Assembly (NCBI GenBank): GCA_963832165.1
Contig: CAWHTE010000002.1
Location: forward strand, 288,001-352,000
Reading direction: 5' to 3'
DNA from: an uncultured delta proteobacterium
GTDB taxonomy: Bacteria; Myxococcota_A; UBA9160; SMWR01
Length of the DNA: 64,000 nt
Shown here: piece after piece, positions 10,354-19,626 of the stretch
How the letters are laid out: every line of letters begins with the position of its first letter
Position numbering within the stretch: position 1 is the first letter of the stretch
Made by a program: the position numbers and the translations under genes
The notes under the pieces: model-generated
Seen by the model: only the letters and a program-made list of their open reading frames with translations
Database searches by the model: none
Told to the model about the DNA's origin: nothing

Positions 10354-10552
10354 TTCACTCCCGGTTCAGCAGCCGGATGAGCTCTTGCAACATCTCCGTC
10401 TGGCGCGCGACCCCCTCCGCCGAAAACGGATCGATGCCGAGCAGCTCGCGGTGCAGCGGCGCCATCGTCGCATAGCCCAGGATCAGGCTGTGGAACGCAC
10501 AGATCACCCAGGGAAGGAGCGCCGGGTTCTTCTGCACGATCGCGTTCTTCTC
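10354..10552 (-). repeat. 199-bp direct repeat copy forming the current tetR 3' end
   Basis: Matches 8405..8603. Confidence 0.95.
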
Positions 10553-10945
10553 GGGAGCGAGCAGCAGCGCGCGCTCGAAGAACGGGCGATACCAGCGCCG
10601 CTGGAGCAGCTCGAGCGGCTCGCCGCCGCCGAGCGTCGCGTATTGCAGGATCCGCGCGAGGTGGGGATTGCGCGCGTGGAACGCGATGTCGCGCGTGAGC
10701 GCCAGGGCGCTGTGGCCGACGTCGGGAGCGCTCGCCGCGTCGTCGAGCAATGTGAGAAACGGGCAGAGCAGGCGCTCGAGCACCGCGGCGTAGAGCTCGC
10801 GCTTGCCCGAGAAGTGGTTGTAGATCGCCTGCGGCCGGATCCCGACCCGGTCGGCCACGTCGCCGAGCGACGCGGCGTCGTAGCCGCGCTCCGCAAACAC
10901 CTCTTCGGCCGCGTCGAGGATCCGCTCGGCCGTGTGCTTGGGCAT
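10355..10945 (-). CDS. TetR/AcrR-family regulator
   Basis: TAERILDAAEEVFAERGYDAASLGDVADRVGIRPQAIYNHFSGKRELY HTH. Confidence 0.92.
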   Translation of the reverse strand: MPKHTAERILDAAEEVFAERGYDAASLGDVADRVGIRPQAIYNHFSGKRELYAAVLERLLCPFLTLLDDAASAPDVGHSALALTRDIAFHARNPHLARILQYATLGGGEPLELLQRRWYRPFFERALLLAPEKNAIVQKNPALLPWVICAFHSLILGYATMAPLHRELLGIDPFSAEGVARQTEMLQELIRLLNRE

Positions 10946-10983
10946 GCGTTGCGAGGATACGGGAGCACCCTCTAGATTACTAG

Positions 10984-11015
10984 TTGACAACCATTCACTG
11001 AATCCCGTATCTATT
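10984..11015 (+). promoter_or_regulatory. Probable sigma70 promoter with overlapping inverted repeat (candidate TetR operator)
   Basis: Perfect TTGACA at 10984 in an AT-rich spacer; ATTCA-C-TGAAT at 10993..11003 between divergent tetR and oxidoreductase genes. The -10 element is imperfect. Confidence 0.55.
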
Positions 11016-11047
11016 GGCCCCTTAACATCTTTCTGGAGCACCACCCC

Positions 11048-12541
11048 GTGCCGACCCGCACGATCGGACCGACCACGCCGCTCGCCGCGAGCGAGATCAC
11101 AGGCTGGGACGCCGAGGCCGACGTCGTGGTGGTCGGGCTCGGGGCCGCGGGTGCGTGCGCGGCGATCGAGGCCGCACGCGCGGGCGCGCGCGTGCGCGTG
11201 CTCGAGCGCGCGGGGGGCGGCGGCGGAACCACCGCGGCTTCGGACGGGATGATGTACTTCGGCGGCGGCACCGCGCTGCAGCGCGCCTGTGGCTTCGAAG
11301 ACTCCGTCGACGAGATGATCAAGTACCTGATGGCGTCGTGCGGGCCCGAGCCCGACGAGGCGCGCATCCGCGTGTACTGCGAAAGCGCCGCGTCCCACTA
11401 CGACTGGCTCGTCGAGATCGGCGTGCCGTTCAAGGCCGAGTTCTATCCGGGGCGGATGCTCGCGCCGGGCGAGGAAGGGCTCACCTACTCGGGCAACGAG
11501 CTGGTGCACCCGTTTCGCGACCAGGCCGTTCCCGCGCCGCGCGCGCACATGCCGCAGAAGGAGGGCCAGGCCGGCGCGTTCCTGATGCAGAAGCTGATCG
11601 CCGAGGTGGAGCGCTCCGGCGCAGCGATCAGCACGAGCGTGCTATGCGAGCGCCTGATCGTCGACGAACAGGGCCGCGTCGTGGGCGTCCACGCCACCGA
11701 GGCCGGCTCGACGCGCAACTACCGCGCGCTGCGCGGCGTGGTGCTCTGCGCGGGCGGCTTCGTGAACAACCGCGAGATGATCCGCCAATACGCGCCCACG
11801 TTGCGCAAGGCGCGCTTCCGCGCGAGCACCGAGGGCGACGACGGACGCGGCATCCGCATGGGCATGGGTGCGGGTGGCGCGGCGATCCGCATGGGCATGG
11901 GCTCGGTGACGCTGCCGTTCTACCCGCCCAAGAAGCTGATGCGCGGCATCTTCGTGAACCAGTACGGCCAGCGCTTCATGCCCGAAGACGTCTATCAGGG
12001 CCGCGCGGGCGAGATCGCGCTCTTGCAACAGGATGGTCGCGTGTGGCTCGTGCTCGACGACGAGAGCTTCGAGCGCCCCGTGTTCGCGGGCGGCGAGGTG
12101 CACGCTGCGGAGACGATCGAGGAGCTCGAACGCGAGCTCGGCTTCGCCGCGGGAAGCCTGCAGGCGACGGTCGCGCTCTACAACGCAGGTGCCGAGCGCG
12201 GCGAGGACCCGCTGTTCCACAAGGCGGCCGAGCACATAGCACCGCTGCGCACTCCGCCGTTCGGGGCGATCGATCTCTCGTGGGACAAAGCGATCTACGC
12301 CGTCTTCACGCTCGGCGGGCTCGCGACCGACACCGATGCGCGTGTGCTCGACGCCGACGGCGCGCCCGTACCCGGGCTCTGGGCAGCCGGCCGCACAGCC
12401 GCCTCGATCTCGTCGCCGGGCTACAGCAGCGGGACTTCGATCGGCGAGGCCCAGATCTTCGGGCGGATTGCCGGAGCAAGCGCCGCAGGCGCGCGCAGCG
12501 AGGCGAAGCCGAGCGAAGTTCGGAAAGGTGGAGTGAACTAA
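11048..12541 (+). CDS. FAD-dependent oxidoreductase, 3-ketosteroid dehydrogenase-like (FAD_binding_2)
   Basis: WDAEADVVVVGLGAAG, GVVLCAGGF, FTLGGL, PGLWAAGR, YSSGTSIG. Confidence 0.85.
   Translation: MPTRTIGPTTPLAASEITGWDAEADVVVVGLGAAGACAAIEAARAGARVRVLERAGGGGGTTAASDGMMYFGGGTALQRACGFEDSVDEMIKYLMASCGPEPDEARIRVYCESAASHYDWLVEIGVPFKAEFYPGRMLAPGEEGLTYSGNELVHPFRDQAVPAPRAHMPQKEGQAGAFLMQKLIAEVERSGAAISTSVLCERLIVDEQGRVVGVHATEAGSTRNYRALRGVVLCAGGFVNNREMIRQYAPTLRKARFRASTEGDDGRGIRMGMGAGGAAIRMGMGSVTLPFYPPKKLMRGIFVNQYGQRFMPEDVYQGRAGEIALLQQDGRVWLVLDDESFERPVFAGGEVHAAETIEELERELGFAAGSLQATVALYNAGAERGEDPLFHKAAEHIAPLRTPPFGAIDLSWDKAIYAVFTLGGLATDTDARVLDADGAPVPGLWAAGRTAASISSPGYSSGTSIGEAQIFGRIAGASAAGARSEAKPSEVRKGGVN
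12492..12519 (+). repeat. Dispersed intragenic repeat, partial copy 2
   Basis: CGCGCAGCGAGGCGAAGCCGAGCGAAGT; 25/28 versus 7723..7750, with two of the differences compensatory in the stem. Confidence 0.7.
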
Positions 12542-13732
12542 ATGGCAGTCCATTACAACCCGTTCATGGACGACGTCCTCTATGGCGATCCGTATCCCGT
12601 CTATGCCCGCATGCGTCGGGAGGATCCCGTCTACTACGTCGAGGAGTACGACACCTGGTTCCTGTCGCGCTTCGCCGACATCTGGCGCGCGGGTCCCGAC
12701 TTCGAGCACTTCACTGCGACCGAGGGCACCACGCCGCCCCACCTGCTCACCAAGGACACGCCGCTCAACCTCTCGTTCGCGAGCATGGACCCGCCCCAGC
12801 ACTCGCGGTACCGCGCGCAGATCGCGGGGCTGTTCAAGCCCGGCGCGGTGGCGAAGCTCGAGCCGAAGATGCGCGAGGTGGTGAAGGGCCTCGTCGACGG
12901 CTTCATCGAGCGCGGCGAGTGCGACCTCGTGCAGGACCTCGCGGCCCAGGTGTCGGTGCGCGGTGCGCTCTCGATGGTCGGCCTGCCGCTCGAGCTCGCG
13001 GAGCGCGGGTCGGGCTGGGTCAACGGGATCTTCGCGCGCCGCGACGGCCACCGCGGCGCCACCGAGAAGAGCATGGAAGGCGCCAAGGACATGTTCTTCA
13101 CGATCCTCGATCATGTGAAGGAGGCGCGGAAGAACCCCGAGAAGGCGACCGGCGTGCTGCGCGTGGTGATGGACACCGACGTCGACGGCGACAAGATGGA
13201 CGACTTCCGGCTCGCGTCGCTGTGCTGTGTCGTGCTGATCGGCGGCACCGACACGTTGCCCAAGGCGCTCGCCGCGACGTTGTACCGTCTGTGGCAGAAC
13301 CCCGATCAGCGCCGCGAGCTCGCGCGCGACCTGTCGCTCGTGCCCGACGCGTTCCTCGAGGGCCTGCGTCTCGACACGCCGACTCAACACCTGGGCCGCA
13401 CCGTGACCAAGGAGGTCGAGTTCGGCGACAAGCTCCTCTCGCCCGGGCAGAAGTGCATGTTCATGTGGGCGTCGGCGAACCGCGACGAGACCGAGTTCGA
13501 CGCGCCCGACGAGTACCGGATGAAGCGCCGCCCGCAGCGCATGCTCGCGTTCGGACACGGCGTGCACGCGTGTCTGGGCAAGCACGTCGCTCTCCTGGAG
13601 GCGCGCATCGCGCTGGAAGAGGTGATGCGCCGGCTGCCCGAGTACGAGATCGACGAGGCGAAGGCAGTGCGCAACCGCACCGAGTTCGTGCGCGGCTGGC
13701 TCTCGTTGCCCGCGAAGTTCACGCCGGCCTAG
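12542..13732 (+). CDS. Cytochrome P450
   Basis: MDPPQH, GGTDT I-helix, EGLR (ExxR), ASANRD, heme motif FGHGVHACLG. Confidence 0.95.
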   Translation: MAVHYNPFMDDVLYGDPYPVYARMRREDPVYYVEEYDTWFLSRFADIWRAGPDFEHFTATEGTTPPHLLTKDTPLNLSFASMDPPQHSRYRAQIAGLFKPGAVAKLEPKMREVVKGLVDGFIERGECDLVQDLAAQVSVRGALSMVGLPLELAERGSGWVNGIFARRDGHRGATEKSMEGAKDMFFTILDHVKEARKNPEKATGVLRVVMDTDVDGDKMDDFRLASLCCVVLIGGTDTLPKALAATLYRLWQNPDQRRELARDLSLVPDAFLEGLRLDTPTQHLGRTVTKEVEFGDKLLSPGQKCMFMWASANRDETEFDAPDEYRMKRRPQRMLAFGHGVHACLGKHVALLEARIALEEVMRRLPEYEIDEAKAVRNRTEFVRGWLSLPAKFTPA

Positions 13733-13761
13733 AGTACTGGGATCGCCGCGGAGGACCCCCG

Positions 13762-14457
13762 ATGGAAAAGATCGCGTGCGTGTTGTGGAAGCCGGCCGGA
13801 GAGCCGGACGACGTGTTCGGCAAGAGTCTGCGCGCCGCGGCTCCCGATCTCGCGCGGCGGGGCGCCATGAACGTGCGCGTGAATGTCGTCGATGAACACG
13901 TCGCGGCGGGCAGCGCAGTGCGCGTCGGTCGGATGGATCCGCCCAAGGCCGCGTTCGTGACGTTCTGGCTCCACGAAGCAGATGACGTGCAGGGCACGCT
14001 GCTGGATCTGCTCTGCGCGCATGCCTCGCGCGTTGCGGCCTATCTCGTGGTCGAATCGACGCCGCTCCGCAACGCGACGCAGCTCGCGAAGCCCGGCGAG
14101 CGCACGCCCGGGTTCAACGCGGTCACGGGCATCGTGCCGAAGGACGGCCTCTCGTACGACGAGTTCATCCACCGCTGGCACACCGAGCACCGCGTGGTCG
14201 CGCTCGAGACGCAGAGCACCTTTGCCTACGTGCGGAACGAGATCGTGCGCGCGCTGACTCCCGACGCGCCGAGCTGGGCGGCGATCGTGGAGGAGAGCTT
14301 TCCGATCGAGGCGCTCACCGATCAAGCGGTCTGGTACGACGCCGTCGGCTCGCCCGAGCGGCTCGAGCAGAACCGCCGCCGCATGGTGGAGAGCTGCCTC
14401 GCGTTTCTCGCACTCGACCGCGTCGATTCGCACCCGATGAGCGAGTACGTATTCTGA
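13762..14457 (+). CDS. EthD-domain protein
   Basis: GERTPG..., EFIHRWHTEH..ALETQSTFAYVRNEIVR, AIVEESFP; RBS GGAGGA. Confidence 0.7.
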   Translation: MEKIACVLWKPAGEPDDVFGKSLRAAAPDLARRGAMNVRVNVVDEHVAAGSAVRVGRMDPPKAAFVTFWLHEADDVQGTLLDLLCAHASRVAAYLVVESTPLRNATQLAKPGERTPGFNAVTGIVPKDGLSYDEFIHRWHTEHRVVALETQSTFAYVRNEIVRALTPDAPSWAAIVEESFPIEALTDQAVWYDAVGSPERLEQNRRRMVESCLAFLALDRVDSHPMSEYVF

Positions 14458-14535
14458 GCCCATCACCTTGGCGGAGGGCAGGGGTTTCGTGTACCCACTC
14501 CACCCGGGTCCCCTCGCGCGGCGGTCCAGTTTCCC

Positions 14536-16053
14536 TTGCGACACAGCCAGCTCTGGCTCCTGAGCTTCGCGTTCGCACTCGCGGGCCTCGGCTTGTTCTA
14601 CTACAAGGCCGCAGTGCTCGGCCTGCCGCTCCAGCCGCGCGAGCGGACTTCGGTGTGGACCGTCGAGGCGCGGGTTCGCTTCAAGGCAGAAGGCGGGCCC
14701 GCGCGCATATCGCTGCGCGTGCCCGATGCGCCGCCGGGCTACCAGGTGATCGACGAGAGCTTCATCTCGTCGGGCTATGGCCTCACGAGCGAGGGTGGCG
14801 AGGGAAGGCGCTCCGCGCTGTGGGCCAAGCGGCGAGCCTCCGGGCCGCAGACGCTCTACTACCGCGCCGTGCTCAGCGCTGGGGGCGTGTCGGAGCTCCC
14901 GGACGCGCCCCTCTTCCCCGACCCGCCCAAGGACGACGAGCGCTTCGAGAGCGCGGCGGAGGCGCTGCGCGAGGTGGTGCGGCGGCAATCGGCCGACATT
15001 CCCACGTTCGCCTCGCTGCTCGTTAGGCGTCTCGCCGATCCCCACCCCGACGAAAACGTGCGCGCGATTCTGGCCGGCGCGAAGAGCCGTGAGCAGCTCG
15101 CGATCCACATCCTCGCGGGTGCGCGCATTCCCGCACGCGAGATCCGCGGCATCCGGTTGCGCGACCGCGCGCGAGAGATCCCGCTCGTGTCGTGGCTCGC
15201 GGTCCACGACGAGAACGAATGGGTGTTCCTGAATCCGAATACGGGCGCGATCGGTTTGCCCGCGGACTTCTTCGTGTGGTCGTGGGGCGAAGGGAAGCTC
15301 GTCGAAGCCGAGGGGGGCAGCAAAGCGCGCGTCGACTTCTCCGTGCTGCGCAACCGCTACGGCTCGATCGAGGTGGCGCGTGCGCGCGCAGCGGCGTTCG
15401 GCAGTCCGCTGCCGTGGGTTTCGTTCCTCGACCTCCCGGTCACCACCCAGGCCGTCTATCAGGTGCTGGTGCTGATCCCGATCGGCGCACTGCTCGTCGT
15501 GGTGCTGCGCAATGTCGTCGGTGTCGCGACGTTCGGCACCTTCATGCCGATCCTCGTGGCGCTGGCGTTCCGCGAGACCCAGCTCTTGTGGGGCATCGTG
15601 CTGTTCAGCTTCATCGTCGCGACGGGCCTGATCGTTCGGCGGTTGCTCGAGCGGATGAAGCTGCTGCTCGTGCCGCGCATCGCCGTGATGCTCACGGTGG
15701 TCGTGTTCATCCTGGCCATCTCGAGCCTCGCGGCGTATGGCTCCGGCCTCGAGCGGGCGCTCTCGGTTGCGCTGTTCCCGATCGTGATCATGACGATGAT
15801 GATCGAGCGCATGTCGGTGGTCTGGGAGGAGAGCGGGGCTCGAACCGCGCTGCAGCAGGCGCTGGGAAGCCTCGCCGTCGCGACGGCCGCGTATCTGATC
15901 TTCCGCGTGGAGCTCGTGCAGCACCTCGCGTTCGTATTCCCCGAGCTCCTGCTCCCGGTGCTCGCGGTGATGTTGCTGCTCGGGCGCTACACGGGCTACC
16001 GGCTGTCGGAGTTCTACCGCTTCCGCTCGTTCATGGGATCGGAGCCCGCGTGA
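14536..16053 (+). CDS. Inactive transglutaminase family protein with 7TM domain
   Basis: DESFISSGYG, LRNVVGVATFGTFMPIL, LLVPRIA, ALFPIVIMTMMIER, GRYTGYRLSE. Confidence 0.88.
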   Translation: MRHSQLWLLSFAFALAGLGLFYYKAAVLGLPLQPRERTSVWTVEARVRFKAEGGPARISLRVPDAPPGYQVIDESFISSGYGLTSEGGEGRRSALWAKRRASGPQTLYYRAVLSAGGVSELPDAPLFPDPPKDDERFESAAEALREVVRRQSADIPTFASLLVRRLADPHPDENVRAILAGAKSREQLAIHILAGARIPAREIRGIRLRDRAREIPLVSWLAVHDENEWVFLNPNTGAIGLPADFFVWSWGEGKLVEAEGGSKARVDFSVLRNRYGSIEVARARAAAFGSPLPWVSFLDLPVTTQAVYQVLVLIPIGALLVVVLRNVVGVATFGTFMPILVALAFRETQLLWGIVLFSFIVATGLIVRRLLERMKLLLVPRIAVMLTVVVFILAISSLAAYGSGLERALSVALFPIVIMTMMIERMSVVWEESGARTALQQALGSLAVATAAYLIFRVELVQHLAFVFPELLLPVLAVMLLLGRYTGYRLSEFYRFRSFMGSEPA

Positions 16054-16997
16054 AGTGGCGCGGCATGCACGCGAAGGGTGTCCTCGGTATGAACGCGAGG
16101 AATGGCCACTACATCAGTCGGCTGAACCCGCGCAGCAACTACCCGCTCGTGGACGACAAGCTGCGCACCAAGCGACTCGCCGAGACCGCGGGGATCGCGG
16201 TGCCGCCGCTCTACGGGGTGATCCGCGAGAACCACGAGCTGCGGGGACTGCGCTCGCGGCTCGCGGGTTATGCGGACTTCGTGGTGAAGCCCGCGCACGG
16301 CAGCGGCGGAAACGGGATCCTCGTGGTCGGCGAACGGTCCGGGGAGCGCCTGGTCAAATCGAGCGGCCAGGAGATCACGTTCGAAGACCTCGAGTTTCAC
16401 ATCACGAACATCCTCTCCGGGATGTACAGCCTCGGCGGGCACCAGGACGCCGCGATGATCGAATACCGCGTCGCATTCGATCCGCTGTTCGAAGACATCG
16501 CCTATCGCGGAGTGCCCGACATCCGCACGCTCGTGTTCCGCGGGGTTCCCGTGATGGCGATGGTTCGCCTGCCGACCCGGGCGTCGGACGGCCGCGCGAA
16601 TCTGCACCAGGGCGCGGTCGGAGCGGGAATCGACGTCGCGAGCGGAAGGACGACCAGCGCCGTGTATCGAAACCGGGTCGTCACCACCCACCCCGACACC
16701 GAGCACGCGCTCGCGGGTCTGCAGATTCCGAACTGGACCCGGCTGCTCGATCTGGCGGCGCGCTGTCACGACCTCACGTCCCTGGGCTATCTGGGCGTCG
16801 ACGTGGTGCTCGATGCGCACTACGGTCCGCTGATGCTCGAGCTCAACGCGCGCCCGGGGATCAGCATCCAGATCGCCAATCGAGCCGGCCTACGGCATCG
16901 CCTAGCGGCAGCCGAACGCTGGTTGGATTCCCAGTCCGAGTTCCCGAAGGTCGAAGAGCGGGTCGCGTTCGCTCGGGATCACTTAGCGACTGCTTGA
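16050..16997 (+). CDS. Alpha-L-glutamate ligase-like ATP-grasp protein (RimK-related)
   Basis: GVLGMNARN..YI...NPR..YPLVDDK, KPAHGSGGNGI, GVPDIR, ANLHQG, ELNARPG. Confidence 0.9.
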   Translation: MKWRGMHAKGVLGMNARNGHYISRLNPRSNYPLVDDKLRTKRLAETAGIAVPPLYGVIRENHELRGLRSRLAGYADFVVKPAHGSGGNGILVVGERSGERLVKSSGQEITFEDLEFHITNILSGMYSLGGHQDAAMIEYRVAFDPLFEDIAYRGVPDIRTLVFRGVPVMAMVRLPTRASDGRANLHQGAVGAGIDVASGRTTSAVYRNRVVTTHPDTEHALAGLQIPNWTRLLDLAARCHDLTSLGYLGVDVVLDAHYGPLMLELNARPGISIQIANRAGLRHRLAAAERWLDSQSEFPKVEERVAFARDHLATA

Positions 16998-17024
16998 TTG
17001 CAGCCGCCCACCAGGAGGAATGCC

Positions 17025-17261
17025 ATGCATCGGAGCCGAATCACCGCCATCGCCGGGCTCGTCGCCGCGCTCTCGTTCGCGGGCGCCGGTTGCAGCGAGG
17101 AGGGACCCGCAGAGCAGGCGGGCAAAGCGATCGACGACGCCGCGGAGGCGGTCCAGGAAGGTATGGAGGATCTGAGGGACGGCCCGCTCGAGGAGGCGGG
17201 TGAGGAAGTGGACGAGGCGGTCGACGAGGCGAAGGACGAGGCGCGCGACGCTCTGGAGTGA
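17025..17261 (+). CDS. Small acidic lipoprotein
   Basis: RBS AGGAGG; signal peptide ending GAGC; repeated GPAEQAGKAIDDA / GPLEEAGEEVDEA helices. Confidence 0.75.
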   Translation: MHRSRITAIAGLVAALSFAGAGCSEEGPAEQAGKAIDDAAEAVQEGMEDLRDGPLEEAGEEVDEAVDEAKDEARDALE

Positions 17262-17328
17262 GCTGATGGGAGCGGGCCGCCCGCGCAGAGCGGGCGGCCC
17301 TCCCGCTCTGCCTCGTCCGCTCCGCTGC

Positions 17329-19560
17329 TCATGAACGCGGCGCGTCCAGGAACAGCGGTGAAGACCACGCGCGCTCGGAGACGGGCGCCAGGCAATCGTC
17401 ACTATGAGGTGTCGGCCAGCCGCCGAAACACGGCTCCACGCCGATCGCGTTGCCCTCGGTGTCGAAGCGCGTCCGCAGGTTCGCTCCGTTGATCGCGGGC
17501 GTGGGCGCCTGGAGCGCGCGCGCGTAGTACACGAGATCGCTCGACCCGAAGTCGGGGTCCTCGAAGCGGATCACGCAGCCCGCGGGATCGGGGGGACAAG
17601 GCACGCGCAGCCACGGGTCCTCGATCCGCGCGTCGAGGTCCGTCGGATCGGCGCCGGGCCGGATCCGCACGATCTCGATCGCCTCGATCCGCTCGCGCTG
17701 ATCCGTCGGGTAATAACACTCCCCGAGACACAGCCGATCGAGGCGCTCCGGCGACAGCGCATCGCGCGCGTGCTCGGGGCAGCCGGGCTGCTGAACGAAG
17801 CTGCCGACCGCACGCACCTCGAAGCGCGGCGTCTCCCGCTGCACCACGGCCGAGCCCATCGGCGAGAGCCCATCCGGGCCGTTGAGAAGGTCGAACCAGA
17901 GCAGGATGCGCGGCCCGCTGGTCGCATACACCTCGCGCCGCATCAGCGCGTCCCAGATGCTGCGGCGGTCGCGACCCGCCGAGTGCACGGCGACGAGACC
18001 GCCCGGATAGAGGAAGCTCGCACCGCGCTCCACGTCGAGCAGTCCGCGGAAGCCGGCCTCGCTGCGTGGAGCCGCCACGGCGCGGGCCGGATCCGGAGCG
18101 CTGCCGCCGCCCACCGCGCGCATCCAGCGCTCCGCGCGCTCGGACGCAAAGCCGCGCGCGTCGGTCATCCCCTTGCGCCCCACCTGCTTGTAGCCACTGC
18201 CCGCGCGCGCGCTATGCGTGTCGCTCGACCCGATCAGACCGAATCGGAAGCGCAGCGGATTCCCGTCAGCGTCGCGTTCACTCTCGCTCTGGAGCGCGAG
18301 CGCCGCCTGGGCGGTCTCGTACGGGCGCGGCGAGAGCGCCGACTTGAACTCGCCGCGCACCTGGTCGCAATCGAGCCACTCCGCCACCTTGGCGTCCGGC
18401 AGCACCCATTGCGGGTCGCGGCCCGCTTCGACCGCGAGATCGCGCGCCTGTTCCACGAGCTCGCGACACTGATCGGAGTCGGGATCCGCGCAGCGCGCCT
18501 TAACGATCTCGCCGGCCTGCCAGCAGCACGGAAGGAAGTCTTTGGTGGGCGGGGTGCACTCGCCGCGCTGCGCCGCATCGTCGGCGCTTGCGGCGGTGGC
18601 GTCGAAGCGCTCGGCCGCTCCGTGACCGGAATAGACCTCGAGGAGGCGCTGGCGGTCGGGATCGTGCCGCGCGCGCGTGAGCTGCAGCGCGATCGTCGCA
18701 CCCGGCGGCGCGTGGATGCCCCAAGTGAGCCCGTGCGGGATCACGAGCGATTCGAGGCGCCACTGCGCGAGCTTCTCGAACAGCACGGCGGGCTCGGGGG
18801 CGCCCTCCATGCAGTCGCGCGGCAGGTCGTGCACGTCGACACCCGGCTCGCAGTGCGGACCCGCGGCGATCTGCCGGATCCACCACAGGAAGTCGGCGTA
18901 TGGTCTGGCGCCGACCGTGAGCGCGGCCTCGACGCCGCGCGCGAGCCACAGGAAACGCGCGCGCTCCATCACGTTGTCGGGGAGCGCCGAGATCGGGCGC
19001 GCCGGCAGCTCGTCGTCGGCGAGGCCCGGGAAGATCACATTCTTGTGTCCGAAATGGCGTTCGGGGGTGATGCCGCTCTGCGTCCATTCCCAGCCCACAT
19101 AGGCCACGAGATCCGGATTGGCCGGGTCGCCCGCGCGCGCGTTGCACTCGCGCACACTCTCGATCGAATTTTGCCAGCGAGACGCGGTCAATCCCTCGGC
19201 GTGATCGTTCAGGGAGAAGAAATCGAGCTCGGAGCAGTAGCGCGCGAAGTCGCACGCATCGGCGGGCGGATGCGTGCCCTCGCCGCCGAAGATCGAGAGG
19301 CCGTAGAGGAACGCGTCGATCGAATAGGTGGTGTGGACGTGGAGGTCGCCGAACAGGATCTCCTTGTCGGACTCCGCGGCCACGGTGCCCAGTGCGGCGA
19401 GCGCGCTCCGCGCCTCGCGCTGAGCCGACGCCTGCGCCGCGGCGACCGGCTCGGGCCGCCGCTCTCCCGCGATCTCGCCGACCGGCTGATCCGAGCCCTC
19501 GCAGCCGACCCATGCGAGCAGCAGCACGGCACTCGCCCGACTCCGTCTCGACACGTTCAC
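17329..19560 (-). CDS. DUF3604 family exported protein (PHP-like metallohydrolase)
   Basis: FGDLHVHTTYSIDA, DFFSLNDHAE, EVYSGHG, GSSDTHSAR, REVYATSGPRI, ERAWSSP. Confidence 0.85.
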   Translation of the reverse strand: MNVSRRSRASAVLLLAWVGCEGSDQPVGEIAGERRPEPVAAAQASAQREARSALAALGTVAAESDKEILFGDLHVHTTYSIDAFLYGLSIFGGEGTHPPADACDFARYCSELDFFSLNDHAEGLTASRWQNSIESVRECNARAGDPANPDLVAYVGWEWTQSGITPERHFGHKNVIFPGLADDELPARPISALPDNVMERARFLWLARGVEAALTVGARPYADFLWWIRQIAAGPHCEPGVDVHDLPRDCMEGAPEPAVLFEKLAQWRLESLVIPHGLTWGIHAPPGATIALQLTRARHDPDRQRLLEVYSGHGAAERFDATAASADDAAQRGECTPPTKDFLPCCWQAGEIVKARCADPDSDQCRELVEQARDLAVEAGRDPQWVLPDAKVAEWLDCDQVRGEFKSALSPRPYETAQAALALQSESERDADGNPLRFRFGLIGSSDTHSARAGSGYKQVGRKGMTDARGFASERAERWMRAVGGGSAPDPARAVAAPRSEAGFRGLLDVERGASFLYPGGLVAVHSAGRDRRSIWDALMRREVYATSGPRILLWFDLLNGPDGLSPMGSAVVQRETPRFEVRAVGSFVQQPGCPEHARDALSPERLDRLCLGECYYPTDQRERIEAIEIVRIRPGADPTDLDARIEDPWLRVPCPPDPAGCVIRFEDPDFGSSDLVYYARALQAPTPAINGANLRTRFDTEGNAIGVEPCFGGWPTPHSDDCLAPVSERAWSSPLFLDAPRS

Positions 19561-19626
19561 CTCCGCACTCGAGTACCGGGATATAATGGGCCTCCTTTCC
19601 CATGGCGAGTCTTCGCTGGAGGAACC

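Noticed and set aside
11155..14457. Very long ORFs in the track (e.g. 11155..14457, 17329..21471, 27919..31857, 48844..51576)
   Set aside because: Arg/Ala/Pro-rich shadow frames caused by high GC; only their 3' parts, or none of them, are real genes.
14469..14489. Minus strand CGAAACCCCTGCCCTCCGCCA resembles a tRNA 3' end or att site
   Set aside because: No TTCGA T-loop, no cloverleaf upstream and no integrase nearby; could be chance.
17268..17310. GC-rich hairpin between convergent genes
   Set aside because: Probably an ordinary terminator-like stem; no U-tract, so not called.
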